Below are positions 61,851-64,000 of a DNA stretch of 64,000 bases, piece after piece. Positions within the stretch are counted from its first letter, which is position 1, and every line of letters begins with the position of its first letter. Location: contig NC_043019.1 of NCBI RefSeq assembly GCF_006345805.1, positions 5,455,360 to 5,519,359 on the forward strand, read 5' to 3'. Below the pieces are notes generated by a model. The model had not been told where the DNA came from and did not search any database. It saw only the letters and a program-made list of their open reading frames with translations. The position numbers and the translations under genes were made by a program. Source of the stretch: Octopus sinensis (lineage: Eukaryota).

Positions 61851-63399
61851 TGGGTTCAGTACCACCCAACCTGAAGAAAGATCTTGAACTTTAGAAATAC
61901 CCTACAATCTAGGTGTATTGCAGAAATCAGCATTACTTGGAACTGCATGCATATTGCATAAAGTAGTGTCTGTCTGAGGTCCTTGCTGTGACTTGACAAA
62001 CAGTACAAAACCCTGGTAGACACTATATCTTCAATCAACATCACAATATTGGATACTGTGTGATGTCTTAAAAAATAATAATAATGATGGCTTCAAATTT
62101 TGGCACAAGGCCAGTAATTTTGGGGGAGGGATGCTGCCTTCGTTAATGATGATAATATTAATTAGAAGTAGCAGTAGTGGTGGTGTTGGTGATAGTGGCA
62201 GTAGGTGTGACATAGATTGTTGGACTAGTAGTAGTAGCAGTAGTATTTAACAGTTGTGGCTGTAGTATTTTTATTAGTTGTACAAAAGCTCAGTGGTTTT
62301 CACAGTGACCCCTGTGGGTTATTTCATGGTCATAAATACATTACAATATTATATTTATACTGATCGTGGTGAGCTGGCAAAACGAGTAGCACACCAGGCA
62401 AAATATACACTGGTATTTCATCCATCTTTACGTTCTGAGTTCAAATTCCGCTGAGGTCAACTTTGCCCTTCATCCTTTCTGGAGTTGATAAAATAAGTAC
62501 CATTTGAACTCTGGTGTCAATGGGGTCGACTTACCCACCACCTTGGAACTTGCTGGCCTTGTACCAAAATTTGAAACCAATATTATAAGACACTTCTCCT
62601 TTCCATATCTCTACATCAGTATTTACTCAACCACTGTGCCATTCTATAAGATTCAGAAGACTGCGAGATGGCAGAAACATTAGCCCGCCAGGCAAAATAC
62701 TTAGCGGCATTTCATCTACCACTACGTTCTAAGTTCAAATTTCGCCAAGGTCGACTTTGCCTTTCATCCTTTCGGGGTCGATTAAATAAGTACCTATTTC
62801 TTTATTACCCACAAGGGGCTAAACACAGAGGGGACAAACAAGGACAGACATAGGTATTAAGACGATTACATCGACCCCAGTGCGTAAGTGGTACTTAATT
62901 TATCGACCCCGAAAGGATGAAAGGCAAAGTCGACCTCGGCAGAATTTGAACTCACAACGTAACGCAGACGAAATACCGCTAAGCATTTTGCCCGGCGTGC
63001 TAACGTTTCTGCCAGCTCGCCAATTAAATAAGTACCAGTTCCGCACTGGGGTCGATATAATCGACTTAATCCATTTTTCTGTCTCTTTTTGTCCCCTCTG
63101 TATGTAGCCGCTTGTGGGCAGTAAGAAATAAAAAAACATTAGTACACTGGGTAAAATGCTTAGTAGTATTTCGTCTGTCTTTATTTTCTGAGTTCAAGTT
63201 CTGCTGGGGTCGACTTTGCCTTTCATCCTTTCAGAGTCGATAAATTAAGTACCAGTTGCATACTGGAGTTGATGTAATTGGCTGGTCCACTCACCCAAAA
63301 TTTCGGGCCTTGTTCCTGGAGCAAAAAATATTCTATAAGATTCAGGTGAAATCTACAGTGGAATACAGCTCTCTTGTCCATCATGGTGCTGTTGCTGTT

Positions 63400-63768
63400 G
63401 AGCGAAGCGGTCTTCGTCCCAGAGCTCGCAGTGGGAGAAGTCCAAATTGTGGTCCTTTGCTATTCGTAAGACCTGCAGAAGAGAAAGCAGGTCAACCCCC
63501 GACACCGAGAGCATCGACGGATGGATGAATGCGCATCCAGGCTCAGCGGTTGCATAGGAAGTCGGGGGACAAGAAACAGGAAGAAAGAGTGAGAGAAAGT
63601 TGGGGCGAAAGAGTACAACAGGGGTCGCCACCACCCCCTGCCGGAGCCTCGTGGAACTTCAGGTGTTTTCGCTCAATAACCACACTCAACGCCCGGTATG
63701 GGAATCGAAACCGTGATCCTCCAACCGCAAGTCCACTGCCCTAACCACTGGGCCATTGTGCCTCCACT
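63400..63768 (-). mobile_element. tRNA-derived SINE, head A + tail 1
   Basis: Reverse complement of 11197-11530. Confidence 0.8.
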
Positions 63769-64000
63769 GCTGTTGCTGCTGAATAAATTTGGTCGACCAC
63801 TTCCAAAAAGAAATTCTATCCAACAAACGTATTGTCACCTTTCTCTCTGCCAATTTTACTGCTCCTCTCATAGTGGGGGTGGGCTGGGGGCACGTGGCTT
63901 AGTGGTTAAAGTATTTGGCTCATGATCATAAGATTGTGGTTTCAATTCCTGGATTGGGTGACACATGTTCTTAAGCAAAACACTTCATTTCATGTTGCTC

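Overview
AT-rich, microsatellite-dense eukaryotic DNA. The SINE/LINE repertoire and the gene style point to an octopod cephalopod (Octopus sp.); this is an inference from recognised repeat types. The window holds two supportable host genes. (1) The last three coding exons of mitochondrial methionine aminopeptidase METAP1D (+; 287-384, 1990-2037, 3272-3414). (2) One intact long exon (acceptor at 47047, ORF 47065-48846, 593 aa) that joins a polyQ/polyH N-terminus to a full-length Merlin/IS1595 (ISXO2-like) transposase domain. That domain appears to have lost two catalytic residues, so it looks domesticated. Both degenerate codons (AAC, AAG) are one A-to-I edit away from Asp and Glu. The rest is mostly mobile DNA: a decayed Penelope-like element (RT + GIY-YIG), two R4/Dong fragments in (AAT)n tracts, RTE, CR1-like and Tx1-like fragments, several tRNA-derived SINE families with interchangeable heads and tails, hAT, pogo/mariner and TTAA MITEs, and many micro/minisatellites. 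Reading both strands by eye found about ten minimal hammerhead-ribozyme motifs of five or more sequence types. Three lie in tandem about 750 nt apart (a retrozyme-like cassette), and others lie inside long fold-back cassettes. There is one 100-N assembly gap. Gene exon, hammerhead and TIR coordinates were counted by hand; boundaries of degraded repeats are approximate (+/-10-20 nt).
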